DNA of 64,000 nucleotides, taken from an uncultured Alistipes sp. Its GTDB lineage: Bacteria > Bacteroidota > Bacteroidia > Bacteroidales > UBA932. The DNA lies in the NCBI GenBank assembly GCA_900544195.1, contig UQUJ01000001.1, forward strand, positions 45,342 to 109,341, given 5' to 3'. Made by a program: the position numbers and the translations under genes. This document shows, piece after piece, positions 1 to 9,089 of this stretch. The notes beneath the pieces were generated by a model. The model was not told the origin of the DNA and did not search any database. It saw only the letters and a program-made list of their open reading frames with translations. Within the stretch, counting starts at the first letter, position 1. Every line of letters begins with the position of its first letter.

Positions 1-299
1 TCGGCTTTGTGATGGCTTCGAAAGGCTATCCGGGTTCTTACGAGAAAGGCTTTGCTATCACTGGTTTGGATGATGCCTTGGCAGATCCGTCAGTCAGGAT
101 TTATCAGATGGGAACCAAGGAGGTTACCGATCCGGAATCCGGTGCCAAGTCTCTGGTGACTTCCGGTGGCCGTGTCCTGATGGTGGTTGCCTCTGGTGAA
201 ACCCTCCGCCAGGCCCGCGACAAAGCCCTCGCCGCCGTCCGTAAGCTTCACTGCGACAACCTCTTCTACCGTGCCGACATCGGGCATCTTGTCCTTTAA
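1..299 (+). CDS. purD: phosphoribosylamine--glycine ligase, C-terminal fragment (5' end lies outside the window)
   Basis: The ORF runs in from the window edge. The tail GGRVLMVVASGETLRQARDKALAAV...FYRADIG matches the conserved GARS C-domain ending (GGRVL..V.A.G....A...A......YR.DIG). Confidence 0.6.
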   Translation, partial: GFVMASKGYPGSYEKGFAITGLDDALADPSVRIYQMGTKEVTDPESGAKSLVTSGGRVLMVVASGETLRQARDKALAAVRKLHCDNLFYRADIGHLVL

Positions 300-333
300 T
301 TAAAACTCTTGCTTCTTCACCGCTTGCGGTGAA

Positions 334-460
334 AGCAATTTCCCCCAGACTGTCTGAAAAGTCTCGACTAGAGTTCTAAAGTCTGTACCCTTATACAAGG
401 GCGATAACGAATTCTCAATCCTCTGAGGTGGTAATTAGACTTTCAAGACAGTCTCCCCCG
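334..460. repeat. MITE-like repeat family A, copy 1 (~127 bp, C5-AGACTGTCTGAAAAGTCT ... AGACTTTCAAGACAGTCT-C5 termini)
   Basis: Near-identical to 517-643 and to the reverse complement of 45971-46098. The 18-bp terminal inverted repeats are read directly. Confidence 0.8.
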
Positions 461-516
461 AGGGAAGGGATTTAGGAAGACGAGAATGCCACTCATCAAT
501 AAACGGTATAAAGAGA

Positions 517-643
517 AAGCAATTCCCCCAGACTGTCTGAAAAGTCTCGACGAGAGCAGAAAAGTCTGTACCCCACTACAGGGGCAACAACGAATTTTCA
601 ATCCTCGGAGGGGGTACTTTTACTTTTAAGACAGTCTCCCCCG
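517..643. repeat. MITE-like repeat family A, copy 2 (tandem to copy 1, 57-bp spacer)
   Basis: Direct sequence comparison with 334-460: same termini and same internal core AAGTCTGTACC..ACAAGGGC.A.AACGAATT.TCAATCCTC.GAGGTGG. Confidence 0.8.
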
Positions 644-698
644 TTGGAAGTACCTGCGTGGCATATTTTTTCAAAAAAAGACTTTTTCAAGTGGACTC
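638..698. repeat. Partial copy of palindromic element P (right half only), fused to the end of family-A copy 2
   Basis: CCCCCGTTGGAAGTACCTG.GTGGCA.ATTTTTTCAAAAAAAGACTTTTTCAAGTGGACTC matches the right half of 23364-23462 and 43257-43355. Confidence 0.7.
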
Positions 699-767
699 AT
701 TCTTTGAAGTGAAAAACTTCTCCAGGACAAGTTCCTAACATACGCCAATTTTTCGTAAATTTGGACT

Positions 768-2267
768 ATGAAAAGAATCATGCTTACCGCAGTGCTGTCA
801 CTGCTTTGCGCCGCGATGCTTCCGGCGCAGACCAAGATTATGTCCCACAGGGGCTTCTACGCCCATTCGGGCTCTTTTGAAAACACATTGACGAGTCTTG
901 CCGGCGCTCAGAAACTCGGCGTTGAGAGCGTCGAACTGGATGTGCACCTTACGACTGACGACTCGCTCGTGATCATGCACGGCCCGATGATCCCTGGGAC
1001 GAAGTACAAGGATATTCAGAAACTTGACTACGCCACCGTCAAAAGATGCGTCCTCCCGAACGGCGACCATATTCCTTCATTAAGGGAATATTTCACCCAG
1101 GCGAAGCGCACTCCGGCGCTGAAGTTGTTCCTTGAACTCAAGTCGCATCCGACTCCGGCGAGGGAAACCCAGCTGGCGGAGAAGGTCATCGCTCTCTGTG
1201 ATGAAATGAATATGTACGATCAGATGTGCTTCATCTCTTTCAGCGAGCATCTCTGCGACGAGGTCCTGCGTCTGCATCCGGGTGCTGAGGTGATCCCGAT
1301 CACGTCCAGGAAGACATATTCAGTGAAAGAACTCAAGGACAGGGGCTACGCCGGTGTGTCCTATAATTATAATGTGGTGATCAACTCCGCCCACTATCTG
1401 GACGAGGTGCACGCGGCCGGACTTCAGACGGTCCTCTGGCCGGTGAACAGTTACGATCTTGCGGACTTCGCGATGAGGCACGGTGTCACCTACGTCTCCA
1501 CCGACCAGCCGCAGGGCATGAAACGCCTGATGGACTCCATCCGCGAGTTGAGGTGGAAACAGGAGAAGAAACTGATCTGCTTTGATCTGGACGGAACACT
1601 GACCCAGCACAAGACCCCGTTGACCGCAGCCAACAGGGCGGTTCTTGACACGCTGGCCAAGCGCTATGAAATCATAATGGCAGGAGGCGGGAACTGTGCG
1701 AGGATCTACAAGCAGATGGGTGAATATCCAATCACAATACTTGGTAACTATGGTATGGAGGAGAGCCGCATTGTCGACGGCAAGTTTAAGATGGTGATGG
1801 AAGAGAAGGCTCCGATAGACAGAAAGTTCTTCCAGAAGAACTGCGACTATCTCAGGAAGAAATATGGCTACACGGACTACAAGGGTGATCCTCTTGAGTT
1901 CCATGAGTCCGGTATGGTGACTTTTGGCCTTCTCGGAACCAAGGCGGACAAGGCGGACAAATTGTCGTTCGATCCGGATAAAATCCGCAGGCGTGCCATG
2001 TTCCCGGAGGTCAAGGAGATATTCAAGGATTATTCCGTGTTCATCGGCGGCACGACGTCGTTCGATATCACGCCTAAGAGGTATAACAAATTCGACGCTG
2101 TGCTGCGTTATGCCGCCGAGCATGGCTACTCGTTTGATCAGATTCTCTTTGTCGGTGATGATTTCGCGGATGGCGGCAACGATAGCCAGATTCGTCTCGG
2201 CGGCATGGACTACATAAGGATCGACGACTACACCCGCCTCCCGGAGAAGCTGGAATTCCTGTTTTAG
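768..2267 (+). CDS. Secreted fusion protein: glycerophosphodiester phosphodiesterase (GDPD) domain + HAD-superfamily (Cof-like) phosphatase domain
   Basis: N-terminal signal peptide; GDPD motif block HRGF...ENTL.S...A...G...VELDVHLT.DD..V..HG; HAD motif I (CFDLDGTLT) and motif IV (GDDFADGGND) in the C-terminal half. Confidence 0.7.
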   Translation: MKRIMLTAVLSLLCAAMLPAQTKIMSHRGFYAHSGSFENTLTSLAGAQKLGVESVELDVHLTTDDSLVIMHGPMIPGTKYKDIQKLDYATVKRCVLPNGDHIPSLREYFTQAKRTPALKLFLELKSHPTPARETQLAEKVIALCDEMNMYDQMCFISFSEHLCDEVLRLHPGAEVIPITSRKTYSVKELKDRGYAGVSYNYNVVINSAHYLDEVHAAGLQTVLWPVNSYDLADFAMRHGVTYVSTDQPQGMKRLMDSIRELRWKQEKKLICFDLDGTLTQHKTPLTAANRAVLDTLAKRYEIIMAGGGNCARIYKQMGEYPITILGNYGMEESRIVDGKFKMVMEEKAPIDRKFFQKNCDYLRKKYGYTDYKGDPLEFHESGMVTFGLLGTKADKADKLSFDPDKIRRRAMFPEVKEIFKDYSVFIGGTTSFDITPKRYNKFDAVLRYAAEHGYSFDQILFVGDDFADGGNDSQIRLGGMDYIRIDDYTRLPEKLEFLF

Positions 2268-2335
2268 GAAGCGGCGTGTCATCTGGTGCGCCTCCTGTTC
2301 AAAGCGTGGCGCTTAATGCTTTGATTATTAGCCAT

Positions 2336-2382
2336 AAAAACAAACTCGTGGTGCCGGATTCAGTACCACGAGTTCTTTTATT
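2336..2382. terminator. Bidirectional rho-independent terminator (A-run, 10-bp stem CTCGTGGTGC..GTACCACGAG, T-run)
   Basis: Perfect hairpin 2344-2373 flanked by AAAAACAA and TTCTTTTATT, lying between convergent genes. Near-identical to the hairpin at 18489-18518. Confidence 0.75.
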
Positions 2383-2420
2383 ATGTTGATAGTAAATCAG
2401 TTATTAGCCACGCTTCCGTG

Positions 2421-4430
2421 TCACTTGACCGTCTTAGGAGCCTGACCGGCCACCTTTGGCCAACCAGGGTTCTGGTAGATTACAGATGTCTCAAGGTCGG
2501 TCTTGTCGCCGGAGGCAGTCTGGCGGAACGCACTCTGCGGAAGCGGACTGAGATAGTGGGCAGGTGTGAAGTTGTAGCCTCCGAAGACTGAATTGTTCAC
2601 CTTGGAGATCTGGTAAGGCCTGATGTAAGGCCCGCTGACCACCTTGTCAGACATATTCCCCGTTCCTCCGTCCACATCGACAATCACAAGGTCTTCCCCG
2701 CTTTGGCTCAAAAGCTTGCCTTCGTAGGAAGAACCCCAGTAGAGCATTCCCTCAATCTGGTAATCCTTCACCTGGTCGAGAGCCCTCCAGCGCTTGAGGT
2801 CGGCCATGCGCATCCCTTCGCCTATCAGCTCGTTCCTGCGCTCGCGGCGGATGTTGTAGAGTGTGGCGTCCACCATCCTTCCCTGCGAGTACGCCCCGAA
2901 GTCTCCCATCGCCTCCTTTGCCACATCTGTGGCGGCGATGGTGACGTTGTAGTCAGGGTTGACCTTCGCCCTCGTCCTGAGCGCGCGCCAGTACCTGTCC
3001 GCCGTGGCGTCGATGTTTCCGTTCTTCTCGTAGCAGGCCTCGATGTAGTTCAGCAGGGCCTCAGCCCCCCTGAACACCACGCTGGCGGTGGTTCCCTTCT
3101 GATGCTGGTTCTCCATGTAACTGTTGTAGTGCTTTCCCTTCTTCAGGGCGAACCCGGTCACATTGCGGGTCTCGTTGTTCCCTTTGACAATCCACGTCGG
3201 ATCGAAGCGGTTGGCGGATCCGTCGGCGTTGTAGACATCGGCGTCCCCGTCCTTCTTTGTGAATATCCTGATTCTGGAATCCCTGCCCGTAAGGGTGGCC
3301 TTCACGCTCTCCTTCTCCCAGTCAGGGTTGTAGCCCGAGCCCGAAGCATAGACCGGAAGTCCGTTCTCCATCAGGAACGAGTTGACCAGACCACGTGTCC
3401 AGCCTGTGCCGCCTCCGTTGCGCATCAGCTGCATCTGGATGTTGTGCGTCACACCCTGTGCCTCGTTGTATTCCCTCCACATCAGCACTTCAGGGTAGTT
3501 CTCAAGGCTGTAGTCGCAGAACATCACGTAGTACGGATTCAGCGTCTTGAACGACACGTCCATCCCCTCTTCGGTGTCGGTGTTCTCCGTCAGTTTCCCG
3601 ACAATCTCTTCCCCGACAGCCTTGGCCGAGGCCATCGCCTCTGTCAGGAAATAACTGATTTCGGAGTCGATGTTCAGACCGCTGGCATCCTCGGTCTTGC
3701 CCGGCCAGCCCTGACCGCCAGGGACGAATGCGGTGCCTTTGTGGTGCTTGAGCCAGGTTCCTTCGTAAAGAGCCACTCGCGAGCGGAGCAGATGGGCCAC
3801 GGATTTGCCGACCCTTGTCTTACCCGCCGGAGAAGTCTCCAGGAGCATCTGTGCTGCCTTGTCCAGGTCGGACAGGATGAAACGCGCCACCTTGTGTCTC
3901 GGCTGCCTTTTGGACGCCTCCACCAGAACTTCCTCCTGATCAGGAAGGGCGGTCTCGACAATCGGACAGTCGCCTATGTTCTGAAGCATGTTGAAATAGG
4001 CGTAGGCGCGGATCAGGTAGATTTCCCCGATGTAATGCCGGATGTTGGCGGCGGAACCCTGGATCTCTCCCGCCTCGTGTTTAGGCAGCACCTGCTCCAG
4101 AAAATAGTTGCAGTGCCTTATCTGAGAGAAGTTCCACACTCCCGAGGTGGCCGACACCCTCCACTCTCCGGGAACCCAGAAAGAGGAGTAATCAACGGCG
4201 GCCTGGTTATCCGTCCCGTTGTCGCTGCCGAAGGTGCTTATTCCATAGGAACCAGGTCCGATGGAAGTGAATGCGTACAGGTTGATTGAATATGCCGCCA
4301 GATCCGCCTCTGCCTTGAAATAGGACGAAGGAGTCACGGAACTCTGGGGCTGCTTGTCCAGAAAATCATCGCACCCGGCGACACTGAAAAGAGCTGCCAG
4401 AGACATGAATATGTAGATAATCTTTTTCAT
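2421..4430 (-). CDS. susD: SusD/RagB-family nutrient-binding outer-membrane lipoprotein
   Basis: Lipoprotein signal (..SVAGCDDFLDKQP), 669 aa, TPR-like SusD N-terminus (YFLRAYAYFN-type segment), immediately downstream of a SusC gene. Confidence 0.9.
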   Translation of the reverse strand: MKKIIYIFMSLAALFSVAGCDDFLDKQPQSSVTPSSYFKAEADLAAYSINLYAFTSIGPGSYGISTFGSDNGTDNQAAVDYSSFWVPGEWRVSATSGVWNFSQIRHCNYFLEQVLPKHEAGEIQGSAANIRHYIGEIYLIRAYAYFNMLQNIGDCPIVETALPDQEEVLVEASKRQPRHKVARFILSDLDKAAQMLLETSPAGKTRVGKSVAHLLRSRVALYEGTWLKHHKGTAFVPGGQGWPGKTEDASGLNIDSEISYFLTEAMASAKAVGEEIVGKLTENTDTEEGMDVSFKTLNPYYVMFCDYSLENYPEVLMWREYNEAQGVTHNIQMQLMRNGGGTGWTRGLVNSFLMENGLPVYASGSGYNPDWEKESVKATLTGRDSRIRIFTKKDGDADVYNADGSANRFDPTWIVKGNNETRNVTGFALKKGKHYNSYMENQHQKGTTASVVFRGAEALLNYIEACYEKNGNIDATADRYWRALRTRAKVNPDYNVTIAATDVAKEAMGDFGAYSQGRMVDATLYNIRRERRNELIGEGMRMADLKRWRALDQVKDYQIEGMLYWGSSYEGKLLSQSGEDLVIVDVDGGTGNMSDKVVSGPYIRPYQISKVNNSVFGGYNFTPAHYLSPLPQSAFRQTASGDKTDLETSVIYQNPGWPKVAGQAPKTVK

Positions 4431-4443
4431 GATCTTAACTGAA

Positions 4444-7400
4444 TTAGAAAGTTATGTCAAGTCCGACAGAGAATGTCTTGGACAGAGGGTAGGTCTTGCC
4501 GAATCCCCAGCCTCCGATTCCGACAAGTTCAGGGTCGGCTGTTTCCGTGAACTTGGTGAGCGTGAACAGATTCTCCCCTGAAGCGAAGAAGCGTAGCCTT
4601 TCGACAAAGAACTTCCTTGTCAGGCTCTGAGGAAGGGTGTAGCCCAGCGTCAGGTTCTTCAGTCGCGCGTAGGCCGCGTTCTGAAGGTAGCGGGTCTGGG
4701 TGTTGTTGTTCCTGCCTCCTCCCCAGTTGGCCTTAGGGTAGTAGCTGTCAAGATTCTGCCCGAGAGGGTTTGAAGCGTCGGCGCGAAAATAGTCCAGATG
4801 CTGCTTCAGTCCGAGAGCCTGCCATTTGCCTATGCCCGAGGCTCCCCAGAACGGGGCCTCTCCGCCCGGCCAGTAGTCCCTCTTGAGAGTTCCCTGAAGG
4901 AATACCTTCAGATCCAAGCCCCTCCATTCGGCCGTGAGATTGAGGCCGAAATTGAAACGAGGTGTCGAATTACCGATTATCTTGAGGTCGCCCGGATCGC
5001 CGGCCGTACCCTGGCCCCTGTCCACAACCCCGTCTCTGTTGATGTCGGCGTACATGATGTCTCCAGCTGACCAGTTGCTCCCGAGACGGCTCTGGTCGGC
5101 CTTGGCAAGATGGGCGTTCATCTCCTGGTCGGTCTTGGCTATTCCGACCGTGGTGAATCCCCAGATGTCGCCAAGTCTCGCCCCCGGATAGTAGTTGTTC
5201 AGGTTCTTGGACTCATTAGGGTACTTGTCAATCACCACGATGTTGTCGCTCAAGGTGAGGACAATCCCGTAGTTGAAGTCTCTGATGTAGTCCCTCCATC
5301 CGATCTGAAGATCCCAGCCTTTGGAGGTCATGTCCAGATTGTTGACCTTAGGCACTCCTGTGCCGAGGATGTCCGGAAGTTCCGGAGCCGGACCCACCAT
5401 GTCATAGGTCTTGCGCTGGAAATAGCCGAAACTTCCTGTCAGGCGGTCGGAGAACAGCCCCCAGTCAAGCCCGACCTCCCAGGTACGGCTTTTTTCCCAA
5501 GTCAACAGAGAGGAGACAAGACCCGGCTCGCTGGAGATGTTCGGCTTCTGTCCGCCGACGAGCCACCCTCCAGCCTTGGCGCTGTAGCCTATGGTAGGAT
5601 AGAACGGGTACCAGTTGTCCGTGTTCTGGTTGCCGAGTTTTCCCCACGACGCCCTCAGTTTCAAGATGTTCACCGCATCCGAGTACGGTTCCATGAACGG
5701 TTCTCTGGCGATGTTCCAGCCCGCCGAGAAAGACGGGAACCAGTTCCACCTCTTTTCCTTCGTGAAGCGGGAACTGCCGTCGTAGCGCAGATTGGCCTCG
5801 AACAGGTAGCGTCCTTTGAAATCGTAGTTGAGCCTTCCGAAGAATCCGGCGGTTGACCAGCTATTGTAGGCCCCTCCGACCTTCGGGTCGGTGGAGGTCG
5901 TGTTGAGGGTAGGAAGGCCGGACAGAATGCCGTTCTGCTGGGCTGAGAAGTCTCTCTCGTTCAGCAGCTCGCTCTGGAATCCGGCCATCAGGGTGACATT
6001 GTGGCCTCCTGACGAGCGGGCATATTCAGCCCACACATTAGGATTGAAGTAGTTGTTTTTCTCGTTGTACTCATAGACTGACGAGTTGGCGTTGTTCGTG
6101 ACGTACGGGTTGCCGTCCACGTCGTAGCCGTAGGTGGTGAGCCAGTCCTTGTGGAAGTTGGAGTTGTTGATCCTGTAGTTCAGTTCCACATTGACAGTCA
6201 GGCCGTCAAGAGGTTTCACCCTCAGGGAAACCTGCTGGGCCAAGACATCGTTCTGCTCCTTGTGCTTTCCTCCGTCCTTCAGCTCGCTGATGAAGGATTC
6301 CGGCACCCAGTGTCCGTTCGGATCCTTGGTCGGGACAATCGGCCAGTACCGCATCACGTTGTGGTAGAAGACCTGGTCGTCAATCCACGAAGGAGACACA
6401 TAGTCTGTACGCCCGAAGCGTACCTGGTAGCCCAGTTCCGCCCAGGATGCCAGCGCGGTTGTAATCTTTCCCGAAACCGAATAGCGCTGTATGTTGTCGT
6501 CGCCGTGCCTGAGGGCTCCGTCACGGTCAAGCATGTAGGCGGAGAAGTAGTATCTGGTCTTCCCCGAGCCACCGCTCACGCTGAGGTTGTGCTCCTGCGA
6601 GAAACTGCTGCCGAAATGTTCCTTAAGCCAGTCCGTGTTTCCCACAGGCAGGATGTCGGTGACATCCCACACTTCCCACCTGTTGGATGCGTTGGCGAAC
6701 ATCTTAGGGCTTTTCGGATCACTCTGGGCGTTCTTGATCTTGTTCAGATGAGACTCCTGGAACCACCTTCCGCTTCCTGAATTGACACTCGCCTCGTTCA
6801 TGTACAGCGCCCAGGTGTAGGAGTCCATCATTTCGGGCATATTCAAAGGAGAGTTGAAGCGGAAGCTGTTGCTGTAGTTCACCGTGGCCCTGCCGTCAGC
6901 CCCGCTCTTGGTCGTGACGAGGATGACTCCGCCAGCCGCTCTCGAACCGTAGATGGATGAAGCGGAAGCGTCCTTGAGAACGGAGATGCTGGCCACGTCG
7001 TGTGGATTCAGGGTGTTGAGGTCGCCCTCGATTCCGTCAATGAGAACCAGCGGACGTACCGAAGATCCGGCTCCGATGGTGCCGGTGCCTCGGATGTTGA
7101 AGCTTTTTGGTGAGTTGAGCGCTCCTCCCAGACTTCCTGTGGAAAAGTTCATTCCCGGAACAGTCCCCTGAAGCGCGTCCACCACAGAGTTGACCGGCCT
7201 GGCCGAAATCTCCTTGGCGTCCACGGTGGAGACGGCGCCGGTCAGGTTCACTTTCTTCTGGGTTCCGAACGCCACGACCACAACCTCGTCAAGGTACTCA
7301 AGGTTGTCCTCCAGAACTATGTGCAGATCTCCGCCGGTCCAGGCCACCTCTTTGGTCGTGTAACCCTGGATGGAAACCCGGAGCACCGCTCCAGGCCCCA

Positions 7401-7632
7401 CATTGTCCAAAGTGAAAACGCCAGAGGCGTCGGTCATCGTTCCACGGACAGTCCCGGAGACCAGAACATAGGCTCCGACCACAGTCTCGCCTCTGGTGTC
7501 CACCACGACACCCCGGCAAACGCCCTGCTGTCCCGAGACGGCGGCAGCGCCGGATTCGGATGCGGCAATGCCTCTCCCTGCCAGGCCGGCGCCCAACAGG
7601 CAAAGGATGGTTAAAATCAATTTCTTAAACAT
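4444..7632 (-). CDS. susC: SusC/RagA-family TonB-dependent outer-membrane transporter
   Basis: 1062 aa; signal peptide; carboxypeptidase-regulatory-like N-domain (VVDTRGETVVGAYVLVSGT); plug-domain block (DPLYVVDGV-like LVLIDGI, SIYGSRAAGGVILVTTK); C-terminal beta-barrel ending in F. Confidence 0.92.
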   Translation of the reverse strand: MFKKLILTILCLLGAGLAGRGIAASESGAAAVSGQQGVCRGVVVDTRGETVVGAYVLVSGTVRGTMTDASGVFTLDNVGPGAVLRVSIQGYTTKEVAWTGGDLHIVLEDNLEYLDEVVVVAFGTQKKVNLTGAVSTVDAKEISARPVNSVVDALQGTVPGMNFSTGSLGGALNSPKSFNIRGTGTIGAGSSVRPLVLIDGIEGDLNTLNPHDVASISVLKDASASSIYGSRAAGGVILVTTKSGADGRATVNYSNSFRFNSPLNMPEMMDSYTWALYMNEASVNSGSGRWFQESHLNKIKNAQSDPKSPKMFANASNRWEVWDVTDILPVGNTDWLKEHFGSSFSQEHNLSVSGGSGKTRYYFSAYMLDRDGALRHGDDNIQRYSVSGKITTALASWAELGYQVRFGRTDYVSPSWIDDQVFYHNVMRYWPIVPTKDPNGHWVPESFISELKDGGKHKEQNDVLAQQVSLRVKPLDGLTVNVELNYRINNSNFHKDWLTTYGYDVDGNPYVTNNANSSVYEYNEKNNYFNPNVWAEYARSSGGHNVTLMAGFQSELLNERDFSAQQNGILSGLPTLNTTSTDPKVGGAYNSWSTAGFFGRLNYDFKGRYLFEANLRYDGSSRFTKEKRWNWFPSFSAGWNIAREPFMEPYSDAVNILKLRASWGKLGNQNTDNWYPFYPTIGYSAKAGGWLVGGQKPNISSEPGLVSSLLTWEKSRTWEVGLDWGLFSDRLTGSFGYFQRKTYDMVGPAPELPDILGTGVPKVNNLDMTSKGWDLQIGWRDYIRDFNYGIVLTLSDNIVVIDKYPNESKNLNNYYPGARLGDIWGFTTVGIAKTDQEMNAHLAKADQSRLGSNWSAGDIMYADINRDGVVDRGQGTAGDPGDLKIIGNSTPRFNFGLNLTAEWRGLDLKVFLQGTLKRDYWPGGEAPFWGASGIGKWQALGLKQHLDYFRADASNPLGQNLDSYYPKANWGGGRNNNTQTRYLQNAAYARLKNLTLGYTLPQSLTRKFFVERLRFFASGENLFTLTKFTETADPELVGIGGWGFGKTYPLSKTFSVGLDITF

Positions 7633-7689
7633 GATAATTAAGTTATATAAAAGTTGTTTAAATGGTTTGTGAAACTTCTGTGCGACTCC

Positions 7690-8664
7690 TCAGGACTTGT
7701 CGGAGATGTTGCGGTAGAACTGGATGCGGTCGAAACGTCCGCCCTCCTCGTGGTGTGAGGCGTCAAGACGACCTCGGAACTCGTCCAGAGAGCGGAATTT
7801 GTGGGCTGCCATCCAGTCTGAAAGGCGGCCGGTCATCCTGGAGATGGCCTCAGGGCCTTCCTTGTAGAGAACAGAGCAGATTTCGGCAGCCGTGGCTCCG
7901 GCAAGGAGGATCTTGACAAGGGCGTCCCCGTCCAGGACCCCGCCCGAGGCCAGAATCGCTGATGACGGGGCCTTGGCCGAGGCAAGACCGACCCAACGCA
8001 GGACATCATGGATCTCCTTTCCGTCGCTCAATGGGTCGGCGCTCCTGAACGAAAGGGTGTCCGTGTCGATGTCCACAGGACACATCTTGTTGAACAGAAC
8101 CACGGCGGCGGCACCCTCAAACGTCAGTCTCCGGACAAGCGGGATCACGTTGGTGAACGTGTGGCCGATCTTGACAATGACCGGAATCTCGATCCGGTGC
8201 TTCACGGCCTTGAACATCTCCACGTGCATCCTTTCCAGGTCCCCGTCCACATAGACGGGGTCACTCTCCAGCCTCATCACGTTCAGTTCGACCGCATCGG
8301 CTCCCGCCTCCTCGAACCTCCCGGCGTAGGACACCCAGGCTCCGGCGGTCGCGCAGCACACGCTGGCGATGACCGGAATCGAGCAGAGGGCCTTCGTCCT
8401 GCGGATGATGTCGCAATACTCGTCAAGCCGACGCTCCATCTGGTAGTACCGCAGGTAGTCATAGCCTTCAGTGTGGAAGGAGTGGTCATACCGGTCGATC
8501 TCGGCGAGGATCTCCTCCTCGAAGATGGACTTGATCACAACCGCGCCCGCACCCGCCCTTTCATATTCAAGACACCTTTCCGGCCGCGAGGTAAGTGAGC
8601 AGCTGCCCACTATCACGGGGCTGCGCAGCAGCAGTCCCCCGAATGATGTAGTCATGTTGTTCAT
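7690..8664 (-). CDS. Dihydroorotate dehydrogenase-like protein (class 1 PyrD-family TIM barrel)
   Basis: 324 aa; SPVIVGSCSLTS...GAGAVV.KSI and later GGV.DG.DA.K...AGA resemble the DHODH/dihydropyrimidine-DH catalytic-subunit fold. The exact substrate is not inferable. Confidence 0.55.
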   Translation of the reverse strand: MNNMTTSFGGLLLRSPVIVGSCSLTSRPERCLEYERAGAGAVVIKSIFEEEILAEIDRYDHSFHTEGYDYLRYYQMERRLDEYCDIIRRTKALCSIPVIASVCCATAGAWVSYAGRFEEAGADAVELNVMRLESDPVYVDGDLERMHVEMFKAVKHRIEIPVIVKIGHTFTNVIPLVRRLTFEGAAAVVLFNKMCPVDIDTDTLSFRSADPLSDGKEIHDVLRWVGLASAKAPSSAILASGGVLDGDALVKILLAGATAAEICSVLYKEGPEAISRMTGRLSDWMAAHKFRSLDEFRGRLDASHHEEGGRFDRIQFYRNISDKS

Positions 8665-8678
8665 GTTGTTCTCCGTTG

Positions 8679-9058
8679 CTATTTATCCCATCCCGGATTC
8701 TGGGTGATGTTAGGATTTATCAGCATGGCATTCTTTGAGATAGGATTCAGGAAACACTTGTCGTTGTCGCTCCAGACACGCCCAGGGTCATTCAAGGCTT
8801 TCTTGTAAGGCCGGACATAGGTCTTACCTTCATAGCCCTTGCAGACACCCACGTTTTGGGGACACCGGACTCGGTGTCTGTTTGGTCAGAAGCCGCATAA
8901 GCCATTCCTCCCGCAATAAGAGCAAGGAGCAGCCTGGAGGCCGGAAAAGCCAGGAGAGACATGAGTATCCCTCCTGTTATGCTTTTGATGATTAATTGTT
9001 TAAGCATATTTATATGGTTATTGATGATTTTTAGGAAGTCTTCTGACGCTCTGGACAC
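8679..9058 (-). pseudogene. SusD-family gene remnant: signal peptide plus frameshifted C-terminal ~50 aa; internal bulk deleted
   Basis: The minus-strand frame at 8679-8840 reads KGYEGKTYVRPYKKALNDPGRVWSDNDKCFLNPISKNAMLINPNITQNPGWDK-stop, which parallels the C-terminus of the SusD at 11604-13529 (..LLKNPNLVQNPGW). The upstream ORF 8792-9058 supplies only a signal-peptide-like N-terminus in a different frame. Confidence 0.65.
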
Positions 9059-9089
9059 GGCGGTTCGCCCGCAGTCCGATTAAAGCTTG

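Noticed and set aside
2703-4289. Long antisense ORFs inside SusC/SusD genes (e.g. 2703-4289 +, 5110-5856 +, 11736-13145 +, 16813-17736 +, 28309-28974 +)
   Set aside because: The high GC content yields long stop-free frames. The opposite strand in each case encodes a protein with clear family motifs. The antisense translations are Arg/Pro/Val-rich low-complexity sequences with no recognisable domains.
8792-9058. ORF 8792-9058 as an independent small membrane protein gene
   Set aside because: Its only feature is a signal-peptide-like N-terminus. The adjacent out-of-frame SusD C-terminal remnant makes a truncated pseudogene the simpler explanation.
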